A stretch of DNA of 64,000 bases from Leptospira sp. (GCA_034439575.1 JAWXAQ010000030.1:192001-256000); one strand, 5' to 3'. Positions 9,268-18,724 are shown, counted from the first letter of the stretch. Notes: generated by a model from the sequence alone, not told the origin. Program-made: numbers and translations.

Positions 9268-12081
9268 ATGGCAAAACGATTCATCCACCTAACCTACATT
9301 ATTCTAGTTTTCACAATGGCATTGACTTCTTGCACAGGCGAAAAATCAACCGATGATAACTTTTTATTTGGACTTAGTGAAAGGTATGATCGTTTTTTTG
9401 GAACAGAACAAACCACGGCCATTGATACAACGACTTCTGCCTCAACGGCAAGCAATGCCGATACTCCCACTTGCTCAACTGATGTAACGGTCAGTACAAA
9501 AATCGTTTCCTTATCTGAAGACGGGGATGTGAATGCTCTATTTAATACAACAAATGACAATGGCCTGGCAGAAACAGATACAGATGGTGGAACGAGTTGG
9601 GGATACCGCTCTTATGAAACCTGTGTCTATTTAAATACTACGTTTACTGGCACAGTTGAGATTCCTCTCTCCACTAACAGCACTTATACTGGCCGCATTA
9701 CAACACAACACTCCTACTATTCTGGTGCAGCACAAACGACAGCCTTACCGACTAAATTATCTTTTACTGCGAGTGGAGTTGCCAATAGACAGTGCATCAA
9801 ATTCACTAGGGTCATTGACGCCATTCGTAATACGCCTGAGTCCGCCTTCCAAGTGACCCTCGGAAATATGATTCAAAAAAATGGCAGTGGCGATACTGTT
9901 ACTGGATTTTATACAGATAAAGATGTCTGCGACATCAGTATGACTATGGATGACGATGAAGCCCCAGGGGTTCGTGTATCCAATATCTCACGCATTATGG
10001 AAGAGCCTGGAGCTGGTGCCACGGCACCTAACGGGACCTTTCTTGTGGTATTGAGAACAGCACCGACAGCTGATGTGACCATCCCAATGAATGAAAAAGC
10101 TGACTCTGTGAATGCCAATAACAGAGAAGGTACGATGAGTCCAACGACTCTCACTTTTACTACTGGGAATTGGAATGTGAATCAAACTGTCACAGTCACA
10201 TCCGTAGATGATTTAGAGATTGATGGTACCAAAACCTACTTTGTCGTAACCAATAATACATCCAGCACTGATAGTGAATACAATGGAATCAACCCTAGAG
10301 ATGTCGTGATTTATAACAAAGATTTAAGTGTTCCGGGTTATGCGATTGAAAAATGGAATGCTGCCACCCAAACAACGAATTCGACTGGGGGAAGTATCAC
10401 AGGCTTTGCCACGGATGAAGCCAATCAAATGGGTACTAGTTATGGGACATTAAAATTAAAACTTAGAACCAAACCCACGGGCGATGTCACAATCAACTTC
10501 TCTTCCAATTGCGGGGCAAAATGTTCTATCCAAACTCCAAGTTTGGTATTCACAACAACAAACTGGAATGTTTACCAAGACTTTTCTGTTCGCGGTGCCG
10601 CTGATGGTGCTGATGGCGGTAACCAAGATTATACGGTCACTTTAACGGCAAGTTCTACTGATACTACTTACAATACGACCGTTGCAGAACCAAGTATTTC
10701 AGTTCGTTCTTGTGATAACGACAATAGCAATCTCATTCAGCCTTGTAATTTTTCAGGCTCATCTTTGGGAACATCGGGGAGTAGATTTTCTGGAGCGGAA
10801 CCATCAGCAACTTCCAATATCTGGCTAATTACAAAAGCATCTCCTTCCTCCGATGTGACTGTTGGATTGGCAAGCACAGATACGACGGAAGGAACGGTTC
10901 CCGCAAACGTCACTGTTACCTCAGCTAACTACAATACTATGGTATCAGGAGGAACAAATGAAATTGTTCTAACACGCGCAGACGATGCAATCGTGGATGG
11001 TCCACAAACTTGGACTGTCACAACAGCGGCGGCAACGGGTGGACTCACGTTCAATACTTCAGATATCGAAGCGACAACAACTGACAATGAAAATTATTTT
11101 TATGTGAGTGTTTCTGGCAGCACTTCTGAAGCATCGACTGCCACTGTAGCTACTGTGAATGTTTGTCTTGGAGCCAATAACCCAAATCAGCCTGTCACTT
11201 TGACTCTTGCTTGTACAAATGCGGGAGATGAATGCGGAACCACATTCACACCTACAAGCATTGTATTTCCTATTAACAGCCAAGTAGATATAGGAAATGC
11301 CTCCAACGCCGGATGCGCATCCGATGCCAAAAAACAAAGTTTTACCATCGATGGTTTAGATGATACCTTTGCTGATGGTAGCCAAACATTCACTGTGACT
11401 ATGACCAAAGTCACAACTGAAACAAATTATTCGAGTGCTCCAGCAACAGTCGCAACTCCATCCATTACAAATGCGGACAATGAACCTGCCGGTAAGGCCG
11501 TTTTCGTAACAAGTGCATCTTACAACGGTGAGATGACGGCGCAAGGTGTGCTTGGTGCCGATAGCAATTGCAATTCCAACAAACCAGGTCATGCTCCTTC
11601 GGGAACTTATAAGGCTCTCATTGCAAGTGATAGTGCAAGCACAGGTGATTCTCCTGCGGTAAATGCAAGGAAAGTCGGAACGAATTGGGTGATATCGCCT
11701 AATTTGTATTATTATCGTTGTGAATCAGGAACCAACAATTGCCGAGATGAAGGGAATAGACTTTTTATCGCTGATGGAACGGGTTCCTTTAACCCAACAG
11801 CATTGAGCAATGATTTTTCTTCTACTGGAACGGATGTATTCTGGACCGGGCTTACCAATGCACTTTCACCAGCAACGCAAGCATCAACACCAGCTGGAAC
11901 TTGCGTTGATGCACCAACGGTTTATCGACACAATTGCCACGGCTTTACCTACCAAACTTGTCCTACAAATGGTGCTACCTATTTCTTTGGAGAAACATGG
12001 ACACGAAATGCAGCAAATTCTATCGCTTCCAGTGAAACTAGATGCGATGCCACACGTAAACTTATCTGCGTCCAACAATAA
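9268..12081 (+). CDS. Large surface lipoprotein with repeated Calx-beta/cadherin-like domains and C-terminal DUF1554 (Len-like)
   Basis: Lipobox ALTSC; repeated L..PT.DVT...L.FT..NWN..Q...V...DD...DG units; C-terminal GVLGADSNC...GTYKALI...FWTGL...KLICVQQ. The ORF track starts at TTG 9262. Confidence 0.82.
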   Translation: MAKRFIHLTYIILVFTMALTSCTGEKSTDDNFLFGLSERYDRFFGTEQTTAIDTTTSASTASNADTPTCSTDVTVSTKIVSLSEDGDVNALFNTTNDNGLAETDTDGGTSWGYRSYETCVYLNTTFTGTVEIPLSTNSTYTGRITTQHSYYSGAAQTTALPTKLSFTASGVANRQCIKFTRVIDAIRNTPESAFQVTLGNMIQKNGSGDTVTGFYTDKDVCDISMTMDDDEAPGVRVSNISRIMEEPGAGATAPNGTFLVVLRTAPTADVTIPMNEKADSVNANNREGTMSPTTLTFTTGNWNVNQTVTVTSVDDLEIDGTKTYFVVTNNTSSTDSEYNGINPRDVVIYNKDLSVPGYAIEKWNAATQTTNSTGGSITGFATDEANQMGTSYGTLKLKLRTKPTGDVTINFSSNCGAKCSIQTPSLVFTTTNWNVYQDFSVRGAADGADGGNQDYTVTLTASSTDTTYNTTVAEPSISVRSCDNDNSNLIQPCNFSGSSLGTSGSRFSGAEPSATSNIWLITKASPSSDVTVGLASTDTTEGTVPANVTVTSANYNTMVSGGTNEIVLTRADDAIVDGPQTWTVTTAAATGGLTFNTSDIEATTTDNENYFYVSVSGSTSEASTATVATVNVCLGANNPNQPVTLTLACTNAGDECGTTFTPTSIVFPINSQVDIGNASNAGCASDAKKQSFTIDGLDDTFADGSQTFTVTMTKVTTETNYSSAPATVATPSITNADNEPAGKAVFVTSASYNGEMTAQGVLGADSNCNSNKPGHAPSGTYKALIASDSASTGDSPAVNARKVGTNWVISPNLYYYRCESGTNNCRDEGNRLFIADGTGSFNPTALSNDFSSTGTDVFWTGLTNALSPATQASTPAGTCVDAPTVYRHNCHGFTYQTCPTNGATYFFGETWTRNAANSIASSETRCDATRKLICVQQ

Positions 12082-12120
12082 AGATTTAGATTTACATGCT
12101 TACCAAAATGCGCCAAATGA

Positions 12121-13311
12121 TCATAATGCGGCGCTGAGTTTTTCCTTGAGCATCTTAGCCGCCAAAGCAAAACCACCATCCGCTCCATCTACAAAATGCA
12201 CTTCTTGGGATTCACCCGCTTTTAAGATACAAGTCATGAGAGAACGATTCGAGACGTGCAATCCGAATTGCAAATTGCCAGCTGTGGACAAGTCTTCCAA
12301 AAATTGTTCTAGAGCTTCTCTATTTTTTTTGGATCCATTGATGACCATTTTCAAAGTTCCGTCAAACTTACGAAAGTCGGCAGACATGACTTGGTATTCT
12401 TTCAAACGATTCAATTCATAATGTCCTGACCGAAGCGGGAAATTATATTTTAAAGAGATAGCGACAAAAAACATTTCCAATTTTATTTTTAACAATCGTA
12501 AATAATATCCTATCCCTTTTTTTCCGCCTGAACGTGCGAGAGCCTCTCGTTTCAAATAAGGCCCTTTGTCAGTTGCGAGTTTTTCAACCGTGATCGGATG
12601 ATAATCGACTTCTTCGCCAAACTCTGTACGAATGAAATTCAGAACTCGGCTCACGACCTTGGACGATTTTTCATAATCTTGTTCGGCAGGTTGAATGATG
12701 AGTGAAATCACTTCGCCTCTTGAACTCGGGATGTCTTCCCAACGACAAGTGAATCCTGTAAAATCAGCACTTGTGATTTTTTCTGTTTCACGCACAAGAA
12801 AGGATTCATCTTTTCCCGATTTAATCCATTTTTCCGCAAGTGCCAATCCATCGCCATAAATGGAACACTGGTTATAGTGAGGGGATGCAGTGAACTTACT
12901 CACATACAACTTTGCACCCTTCTCATATAACTCTTGTACGGGGACTATACCTGCACGTAATTCTAATCCAAACGTCTGTTTGACTTTTCCAATGGTATCA
13001 GCGATCGCAGAACGAATGGGAAATAAAAATTGGATAGGGAGAAGAAAAGTCACACCATCACCACCAAAAACAAAAGGGAAATCCATATGCCCGTAAACAT
13101 TGGCAACAGCAATGGCAGTCAGTCCCCCCGCAGTATTTACATCTTTGTACTTTCCTGCTTCAATGGCTTTTGTGGACCCTGCGATATCTGTGATTAAGAT
13201 AAACCAATCATCAGGCACTGGAACAAAATTAGTTCTTTCGAATGAAGATTTAAAATCTGGATTGGGCTTTAGGGTTTGATAGAAATTATCCACGGTGATA
13301 GTTAGACTCAC
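12121..13311 (-). CDS. DUF3095 family protein (class III nucleotidyl cyclase-like)
   Basis: ITDIAGSTKAIEAGKYKDVN, PFVFGGDG, GFTCRW, DFRKFDG and HFVDGADGGFALAA. Confidence 0.8.
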   Translation of the reverse strand: MSLTITVDNFYQTLKPNPDFKSSFERTNFVPVPDDWFILITDIAGSTKAIEAGKYKDVNTAGGLTAIAVANVYGHMDFPFVFGGDGVTFLLPIQFLFPIRSAIADTIGKVKQTFGLELRAGIVPVQELYEKGAKLYVSKFTASPHYNQCSIYGDGLALAEKWIKSGKDESFLVRETEKITSADFTGFTCRWEDIPSSRGEVISLIIQPAEQDYEKSSKVVSRVLNFIRTEFGEEVDYHPITVEKLATDKGPYLKREALARSGGKKGIGYYLRLLKIKLEMFFVAISLKYNFPLRSGHYELNRLKEYQVMSADFRKFDGTLKMVINGSKKNREALEQFLEDLSTAGNLQFGLHVSNRSLMTCILKAGESQEVHFVDGADGGFALAAKMLKEKLSAAL

Positions 13312-13383
13312 GTCTCTTCAGTTTACCAATCATTTTTCTTTCTTGTCATCATGTTCTCTTTTCAGAGTATTGTGGACAAGATT

Positions 13384-15144
13384 ATGAATTCATTGTTACT
13401 TCGTGCCGTTTTTTCCTTCCTCTTGATCTTTGGTTTTTTGGGTTCCTCCTACTTTTTTAACTTTTATCTTTCAGAACTTGCGGCAAGTGAAAGAGAATCT
13501 TTCTTAAACGAGAAGGCTTGGGAGATAACGAACAAAATGTCCCCTGAAGATTTAGTGGGCCAAACCATTCACATAGCCATACCTTCAAAAACTGTGGATG
13601 AGACTGCACTCATAGAAATTAAAAATACACGTCCGGGCGGTATCATTCTATTTGGAAAAAACTTAGGCAAAAAAGAAGAAATCCTGAGTTTGACAACTAA
13701 CCTACAAAAGACGGCAAAACTAGAAAGTCTTCCTCCCTTTTTAATTTCCACTGACCAAGAGGGTGGTCGCGTATTTCGCGTGCAAGACGGTGTGACTGCC
13801 TACCCTGGCGCTATGGCTGTGGGACAAACGGGCAAAGAAGAATGGGGAAAAACAGTAGGCTTTGTTACTTCTTATGAATTAAAAAAAATCGGGATCAATT
13901 TTTTATTCGCACCAGTTCTCGATATCAATAACAACCCATTCAATCCTGTGATCAATACCAGATCCTTTGGCTCAGATATCAACCGTGTATCAAACGTAGC
14001 AGTTGCCTATGAACAAGGAGCCAGGCTCGGTGGTGCACTTCCAGTAATCAAACATTTCCCAGGACATGGGGATACAAATGTAGATAGCCACTTGGGTCTT
14101 CCCATCATAAAAAAAACTCTTAGCGAATTGGAAGCATTGGAACTTATCCCATTTAAAAAAGCCATAGAGTCAGGTGCCGAAGCGGTAATGACAGCTCATA
14201 TCGTTTATCCATTGATAGACGAAAAATACCCTGCCACCTTATCCAAAAAAATACTCACGGGTATCTTACGAGAAAAACTTCTTTTTGATGGCATCATTAT
14301 CACAGATGCTATGGAGATGCATGCGATCTCAAAAAATTATGAAAAAGACAGACCTGGAGTTCTTGCCATCAATGCGGGTGCCAATATCGTATTATTGACA
14401 AGCTGGGGAGAAACTGCACGCAAGTTTAAAGAACAATTGTTAAATGCCTATACCTTAGGAGATTTTGATTATAAAGATAAAGAAGGAAATATCAGAAATA
14501 TTCTAAAGGAAGCTGTCTTTAAACAAATTCGAAAAAAAATCGAAATGGGTCTTTTTGATATGGATTCCATATCACCAAACCTTGTTTCGGAAAATAAAAA
14601 TTTATATGAGTTTCTGAATCAAAAAGAAAAGGAAAGACAAATCACATTTTCCGAATATGAAAAATCAGGATTCTATTTAAAAGAAATCACTCGTGATTCC
14701 ATACGCGCATTTCCATTCGAGTATTCACCTAAGGGGAACTCAAGTTCTGACTCTATACAATTTGTAAAAAATCCACATCTGAAAAAAGCCCTGGGAAAAA
14801 TCCCAACGGGAAATATAAAATCATTACAAAAACTAGCTTTCAAAAAAGAAGTTTCCCATTTATTGTTTGATTCGAGTTCGGAAAAAGAAATTGTTTCGAT
14901 TGCTAATTTAGCAAAAAAATACCCTCAAAAAACTTTTGTTATCTTTCATGGCGGGACACCTTTCGTGAAACTCCCCCAATTAAAAAACATCAATTATATT
15001 CTATCTTTTTCGCTGACTTCACATTCATGGGAAGCGATGGGCGAACAGTACATTGAAGGAAAAACATTTCCAAAAGCAGATTTGATATTGTTACCAAAGG
15101 ATGGAAAAACGCCCACACTCGGAGCGTTTCCACAAGGGATCTAA
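13384..15144 (+). CDS. nagZ: GH3 beta-N-acetylhexosaminidase with N-terminal membrane anchor
   Basis: TDQEGGRV, APVLD, RSFG, KHFPGHGDTNVDSH and ITDAMEM; alternative start at 13351. Confidence 0.88.
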   Translation: MNSLLLRAVFSFLLIFGFLGSSYFFNFYLSELAASERESFLNEKAWEITNKMSPEDLVGQTIHIAIPSKTVDETALIEIKNTRPGGIILFGKNLGKKEEILSLTTNLQKTAKLESLPPFLISTDQEGGRVFRVQDGVTAYPGAMAVGQTGKEEWGKTVGFVTSYELKKIGINFLFAPVLDINNNPFNPVINTRSFGSDINRVSNVAVAYEQGARLGGALPVIKHFPGHGDTNVDSHLGLPIIKKTLSELEALELIPFKKAIESGAEAVMTAHIVYPLIDEKYPATLSKKILTGILREKLLFDGIIITDAMEMHAISKNYEKDRPGVLAINAGANIVLLTSWGETARKFKEQLLNAYTLGDFDYKDKEGNIRNILKEAVFKQIRKKIEMGLFDMDSISPNLVSENKNLYEFLNQKEKERQITFSEYEKSGFYLKEITRDSIRAFPFEYSPKGNSSSDSIQFVKNPHLKKALGKIPTGNIKSLQKLAFKKEVSHLLFDSSSEKEIVSIANLAKKYPQKTFVIFHGGTPFVKLPQLKNINYILSFSLTSHSWEAMGEQYIEGKTFPKADLILLPKDGKTPTLGAFPQGI

Positions 15145-15147
15145 AAT

Positions 15148-16293
15148 TTAAGTAAGGAGTTCTCTTTGGCCTCCTCTCTTTTTTATCTCTTCATACAATA
15201 ACTTTCTAAGTGCTTCGTCAGCATCCACAAAACGAAGCATATAAAGATCCGACTTCTGTTTGATGGGAAACATCTTTCCTCTCACATCAATGGCTGGTCC
15301 ATCTTGAAACGTAAAATGTACCTCCCATAAATCTTGGTGTTTCCAAATATCAGTAGAAATCGTTGGGGGAAATTCAAAAGTTATCCCACGATCTGTGATA
15401 CGTTCTGATATGGCAGAAAATGAACGTGGGGTTTCTTTGATTTGAAATCTTTCTTCTTTTCCTTTGCTCTGATCTTTAGATATCCGTTTTAACAATTCAA
15501 ATTGGCGGTCTAAATTTTCTTCAGATAACAGAAGTTTATTTTTATCTAACTCTAAATGATTTTCTTCATTCTCTTTTGGCGGCCAAGGTGAGATTATGAG
15601 TGAGTATTTTGCAAGGAGCATTAAATGTGCTTCCCCTTTGCGTTCAATTTGTCCAGTTATCTTAAAGATGATACCTTTGTCATTCATCTTGGTTATGTTA
15701 CCTGGAAAGAGATAACCACCGCTACTTGGACGAAATACATATAACTTAGCATCTTTTCCAGGAACAAGTAAATCTTTTGATAAAGCTTTCGCAGATAATA
15801 AAAGTTCAGTATCTGTTTTTTGCATCACATATGTTAGTTCTTCGCGTCCATCTGTTTCCAACGCACAGACTTCACCAACTGTCACATCTTCTAAACTACG
15901 AATTTCTTTTTTAAATTCTGCGGATGAGCGAAATAGTTTATCAAATAAATCCACTTCTTTCTCAGTCGGATTGGAAGGAGCACTTAAAAAATAACGATAG
16001 AGTGCATTTTTTAATTTCCCTCGATTTTCAGCAAGTAACAAGTGTTCCGCTGTCTCAGAATCCAATGTGCTATAAAATCCTTTTAGAATATTGATTTCTG
16101 ATTGGTTACATTTTCTAGCAGTCGCAAATTTTAAAAATTCGTTCCAGAGAGTCGGACTCAAAGTTTGTTTGTTTTGCAAGAAGTTCATGACTCGCAAATA
16201 AATATAACCTGCGAGCAAAATTAAAAATAAGTAGAAAAAATAGATGTTGTGAAAGGTGGGGAAAATCCAGGGAACTTGCTCGGCGAGATTCAT
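15148..16293 (-). CDS. Membrane-anchored hypothetical protein with degenerate PilZ-like C-terminus
   Basis: N-terminal TM segment; C-terminal ITDRGITF...VRGK...LRFVD...LLYE pattern resembles a PilZ barrel. Confidence 0.55.
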   Translation of the reverse strand: MNLAEQVPWIFPTFHNIYFFYLFLILLAGYIYLRVMNFLQNKQTLSPTLWNEFLKFATARKCNQSEINILKGFYSTLDSETAEHLLLAENRGKLKNALYRYFLSAPSNPTEKEVDLFDKLFRSSAEFKKEIRSLEDVTVGEVCALETDGREELTYVMQKTDTELLLSAKALSKDLLVPGKDAKLYVFRPSSGGYLFPGNITKMNDKGIIFKITGQIERKGEAHLMLLAKYSLIISPWPPKENEENHLELDKNKLLLSEENLDRQFELLKRISKDQSKGKEERFQIKETPRSFSAISERITDRGITFEFPPTISTDIWKHQDLWEVHFTFQDGPAIDVRGKMFPIKQKSDLYMLRFVDADEALRKLLYEEIKKRGGQRELLT

Positions 16294-16339
16294 AAATTAC
16301 TTTTCCTTAGATAAGCCCGCTTGATTCTGGAAGGTAATC

Positions 16340-17644
16340 GTGAGCTCATCCTACTTTAAAATTATCGGCAAAAATCCTCTTCATGGAAGCGTAGTTCCGC
16401 AAGGAAACAAAAACGAAGCCTTGCCATTACTCGGCGCTCTACTTCTCTGGGAAGAAGATGTCATATTAGAAAACTTACCCCAAATCGCCGACGTTTTAAA
16501 ACTTATGGAAGTCTTAAAACTGATCGGAGTTGAGATCACTTCCTTAGATACACCAGGATCTTACCTCTTCCATAAAAAAAATACAGTCAAATCCGATTTG
16601 CCTTACGAACTTTGTTCGCAGTTGCGGGGAGCCGTAACACTGGCAGGGCCGATACTTGCCCGCACTGGTCGCGTTTTTTTGCCGAAGCCAGGTGGTGACA
16701 AAATTGGTAGACGAAGGATGGATACCCATCTCTTAGCGCTCGAAGCACTTGGTGCCAAGATCGAAGTTTTCCCAGACGGGTACGAAATCACAGCAGATCG
16801 CCTCGTCGGAAAGGACATTTTACTCGACGAAGCTTCGGTCACAGCGACTGAAAACGCGATTATGGCGGCAGTTTTTGCTGAAGGCACGACCACCATTCGC
16901 CATGCGGCCTGCGAACCTCACGTCCAAGGACTTTGTCGGTTTTTGAACGTAGCTGGTGCCAAAATTACTGGCATCGGTACCAATGTGCTTCAAATCGAAG
17001 GTGTCACGAGTCTTTCTTCGCCAAATGGCTGCTTAACGCACAGAATTGGCTCAGATTATCTAGAAATAGGTTCTTTTATCAGTCTTGCTGCGGTTACGGG
17101 CGGTGAAATCCTGATCCGCGATGTTAACCAGGAAGACATACGTATGATTCGCATGGTGTATTCTCGTTTAGGGATTGAAGTGCGTGCCGTGGAAGGGGGA
17201 ATTTTGGTTCCCTCAGACCAAAAAATGGAAATCATCCCGGATTACCATGGCGCAACTCCAAAGATTGACGATGCCCCTTGGCCTGGTTTTCCCGCTGATA
17301 TGACTTCTGTTGCCCTTGTCACAGCCACCCAATGCCGTGGTACAGTTCTTATCCATGAAAAACTCTTTGAATCTAGGCTCTTTTTTGTAGACAATATCAT
17401 CGCAATGGGTGCGCAAATCATCCTTTGTGATCCACATAGAGCCGTTGTCATTGGCCCTTCGCGCCTTTATGGCCAAAGGGTCGCAAGCCCAGACATTCGT
17501 GCAGGTATGGCAATGATCATCGCTGCCCTTTGTGCAGAAGGAACAAGCGAGATCCATAACATTGTCCAAATCGACCGTGGTTTCCAAGCCATAGATACAC
17601 GACTCAGGTCCCTCGGGGCCCAAATTGAACGGATTAGTGAATAA
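16340..17644 (+). CDS. murA: UDP-N-acetylglucosamine 1-carboxyvinyltransferase (Asp-type active site)
   Basis: [38 protein letters not shown] and DIRAG. Confidence 0.96.
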   Translation: MSSSYFKIIGKNPLHGSVVPQGNKNEALPLLGALLLWEEDVILENLPQIADVLKLMEVLKLIGVEITSLDTPGSYLFHKKNTVKSDLPYELCSQLRGAVTLAGPILARTGRVFLPKPGGDKIGRRRMDTHLLALEALGAKIEVFPDGYEITADRLVGKDILLDEASVTATENAIMAAVFAEGTTTIRHAACEPHVQGLCRFLNVAGAKITGIGTNVLQIEGVTSLSSPNGCLTHRIGSDYLEIGSFISLAAVTGGEILIRDVNQEDIRMIRMVYSRLGIEVRAVEGGILVPSDQKMEIIPDYHGATPKIDDAPWPGFPADMTSVALVTATQCRGTVLIHEKLFESRLFFVDNIIAMGAQIILCDPHRAVVIGPSRLYGQRVASPDIRAGMAMIIAALCAEGTSEIHNIVQIDRGFQAIDTRLRSLGAQIERISE

Positions 17645-17651
17645 AAAAACC

Positions 17652-17681
17652 ATATAGGTCAAATTCTAGACCTATATTTTT
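17652..17681 (+). terminator. Probable intrinsic terminator of murA
   Basis: ATATAGGTC-aaattcta-GACCTATAT 9-bp stem followed by a T run, starting 8 nt after the stop. Confidence 0.65.
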
Positions 17682-17877
17682 CAAAAAGATCGCCACGGGA
17701 ATGGAAACAATTGAATCCAAATTTCATTCCTAGATTGCATTAGGCCTTCCCTAAATCCTTGGCTAAACCCATCAGATAAAAATTTATCCTCATTTCTGTC
17801 ATTTTAAGCCCCCACTCCACTCTCCTTTTCATTTTTCCATCATGGACAATTTTTGATACGTTGTCTCAATATTGGCT

Positions 17878-17932
17878 AAAAAACCACCTTCGGAAAAATA
17901 TCTAACATTAGTTAAAATATTTTCCGAACACA
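17878..17932. repeat. 55-bp imperfect palindromic element, copy 1 (intergenic)
   Basis: Core TTCGGAAAAATATCTAAC-ATTA-GTTAAAATATTTTCCGAA; 47/55 identical to 18161-18215. Confidence 0.85.
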
Positions 17933-18052
17933 GATTTATCCTCTAAGGAAATCCGCCTAATCAATGTAGGCTATTCCTTGCAAATAATTGTACCCAAGTT
18001 GCTCACCTTGTTCGTTAATGTTAAAGTATCATAAAAAGATTAGGGAGATTCC

Positions 18053-18724
18053 ATGAACCGGAAGGATTTATTCAAGAACGGATTCAAATCTGTGTTTAAC
18101 TTTGCCGCTGAGACGACAGAAGAACTCGGAAAAACGATCCAAGAGGTCTGGACGGAGGAGAAAAAACTACCTTCGGAAAAAAATCTAACGCCAGTTAAAA
18201 AGATTTCCGAACACAAAAACAAGACGACCGTTAAATCAAAGTTATTTCGAACCCTCGCCTTACCTCCCGGTGCGAACAAAAATTTTTTTTCATTATGTAC
18301 TGGATGCAACGAATGTATTTTTTCGTGTCCTTACACCGTCTTATTCCCTGTTATATCACAAAAAGATGAGAGAAGTTTCCCGTTTTTTGATCCAAATGCA
18401 AAAGGATGTCATCTATGTTATGATTGGCCATGTATAAATGCCTGTCCTGAAGACGCATTGACCATGTATGATGTTTCAAAAACGACTCCGAAGTTTGGAA
18501 AAGCAAAATGCATCGGTAAACATTGCATTAACGATCAAACAAAAGAAAAAACTTGTGATGCTTGTCAATTAGCCTGTCCTATTGAAAAAACAGTGAATTT
18601 CCGAGCAAATTTGCCTATTTTTTCAGATTCAACATGTACTGGATGTGGATTATGCGTAGAAGCTTGTCCAACTTTTCCAAAAGCAATCCAGATTAAGACT
18701 TTAAACAATATTAGCATTAGCTAA
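18053..18724 (+). CDS. 4Fe-4S dicluster ferredoxin-like protein (NapF/NapG/MauM type)
   Basis: LPPGA followed by CTGCNECIFSCP, CHLC..WPCINACP, CDACQLACP and CTGCGLCVEACP; RBS GGGAG. Confidence 0.88.
   Translation: MNRKDLFKNGFKSVFNFAAETTEELGKTIQEVWTEEKKLPSEKNLTPVKKISEHKNKTTVKSKLFRTLALPPGANKNFFSLCTGCNECIFSCPYTVLFPVISQKDERSFPFFDPNAKGCHLCYDWPCINACPEDALTMYDVSKTTPKFGKAKCIGKHCINDQTKEKTCDACQLACPIEKTVNFRANLPIFSDSTCTGCGLCVEACPTFPKAIQIKTLNNISIS
18161..18215. repeat. 55-bp imperfect palindromic element, copy 2 (inside the 4Fe-4S CDS)
   Basis: Core TTCGGAAAAAAATCTAAC-GCCA-GTTAAAAAGATTTCCGAA; direct repeat of 17878-17932. Confidence 0.85.

Noticed and set aside
5949-12081. Genomic island integrated at tRNA-Gly
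   Set aside because: The tRNA 3' end faces tig rather than the accessory genes, and I saw no integrase or duplicated tRNA 3' end.
14586-14660. TTCGGAAAA / TTTTCCGAA words inside nagZ as further copies of the twin palindrome
   Set aside because: The spacing is wrong and the TAAC-N4-GTTA core is missing; Ser-Glu codons explain them.
17900-17927. Chromosomal dif site or integron attC
   Set aside because: ATCTAACATTA matches a XerD arm at 9/11, but the XerC side is poor and copy 2 loses the match. The TAAC/GTTA spacing of 4 nt is far too short for attC.
17878-18215. Diversity-generating retroelement TR/VR pair or CRISPR mini-array
   Set aside because: Mismatches are not confined to adenines on either strand, there are only two copies with a 228-bp gap, and there is no RT or cas gene in the window.
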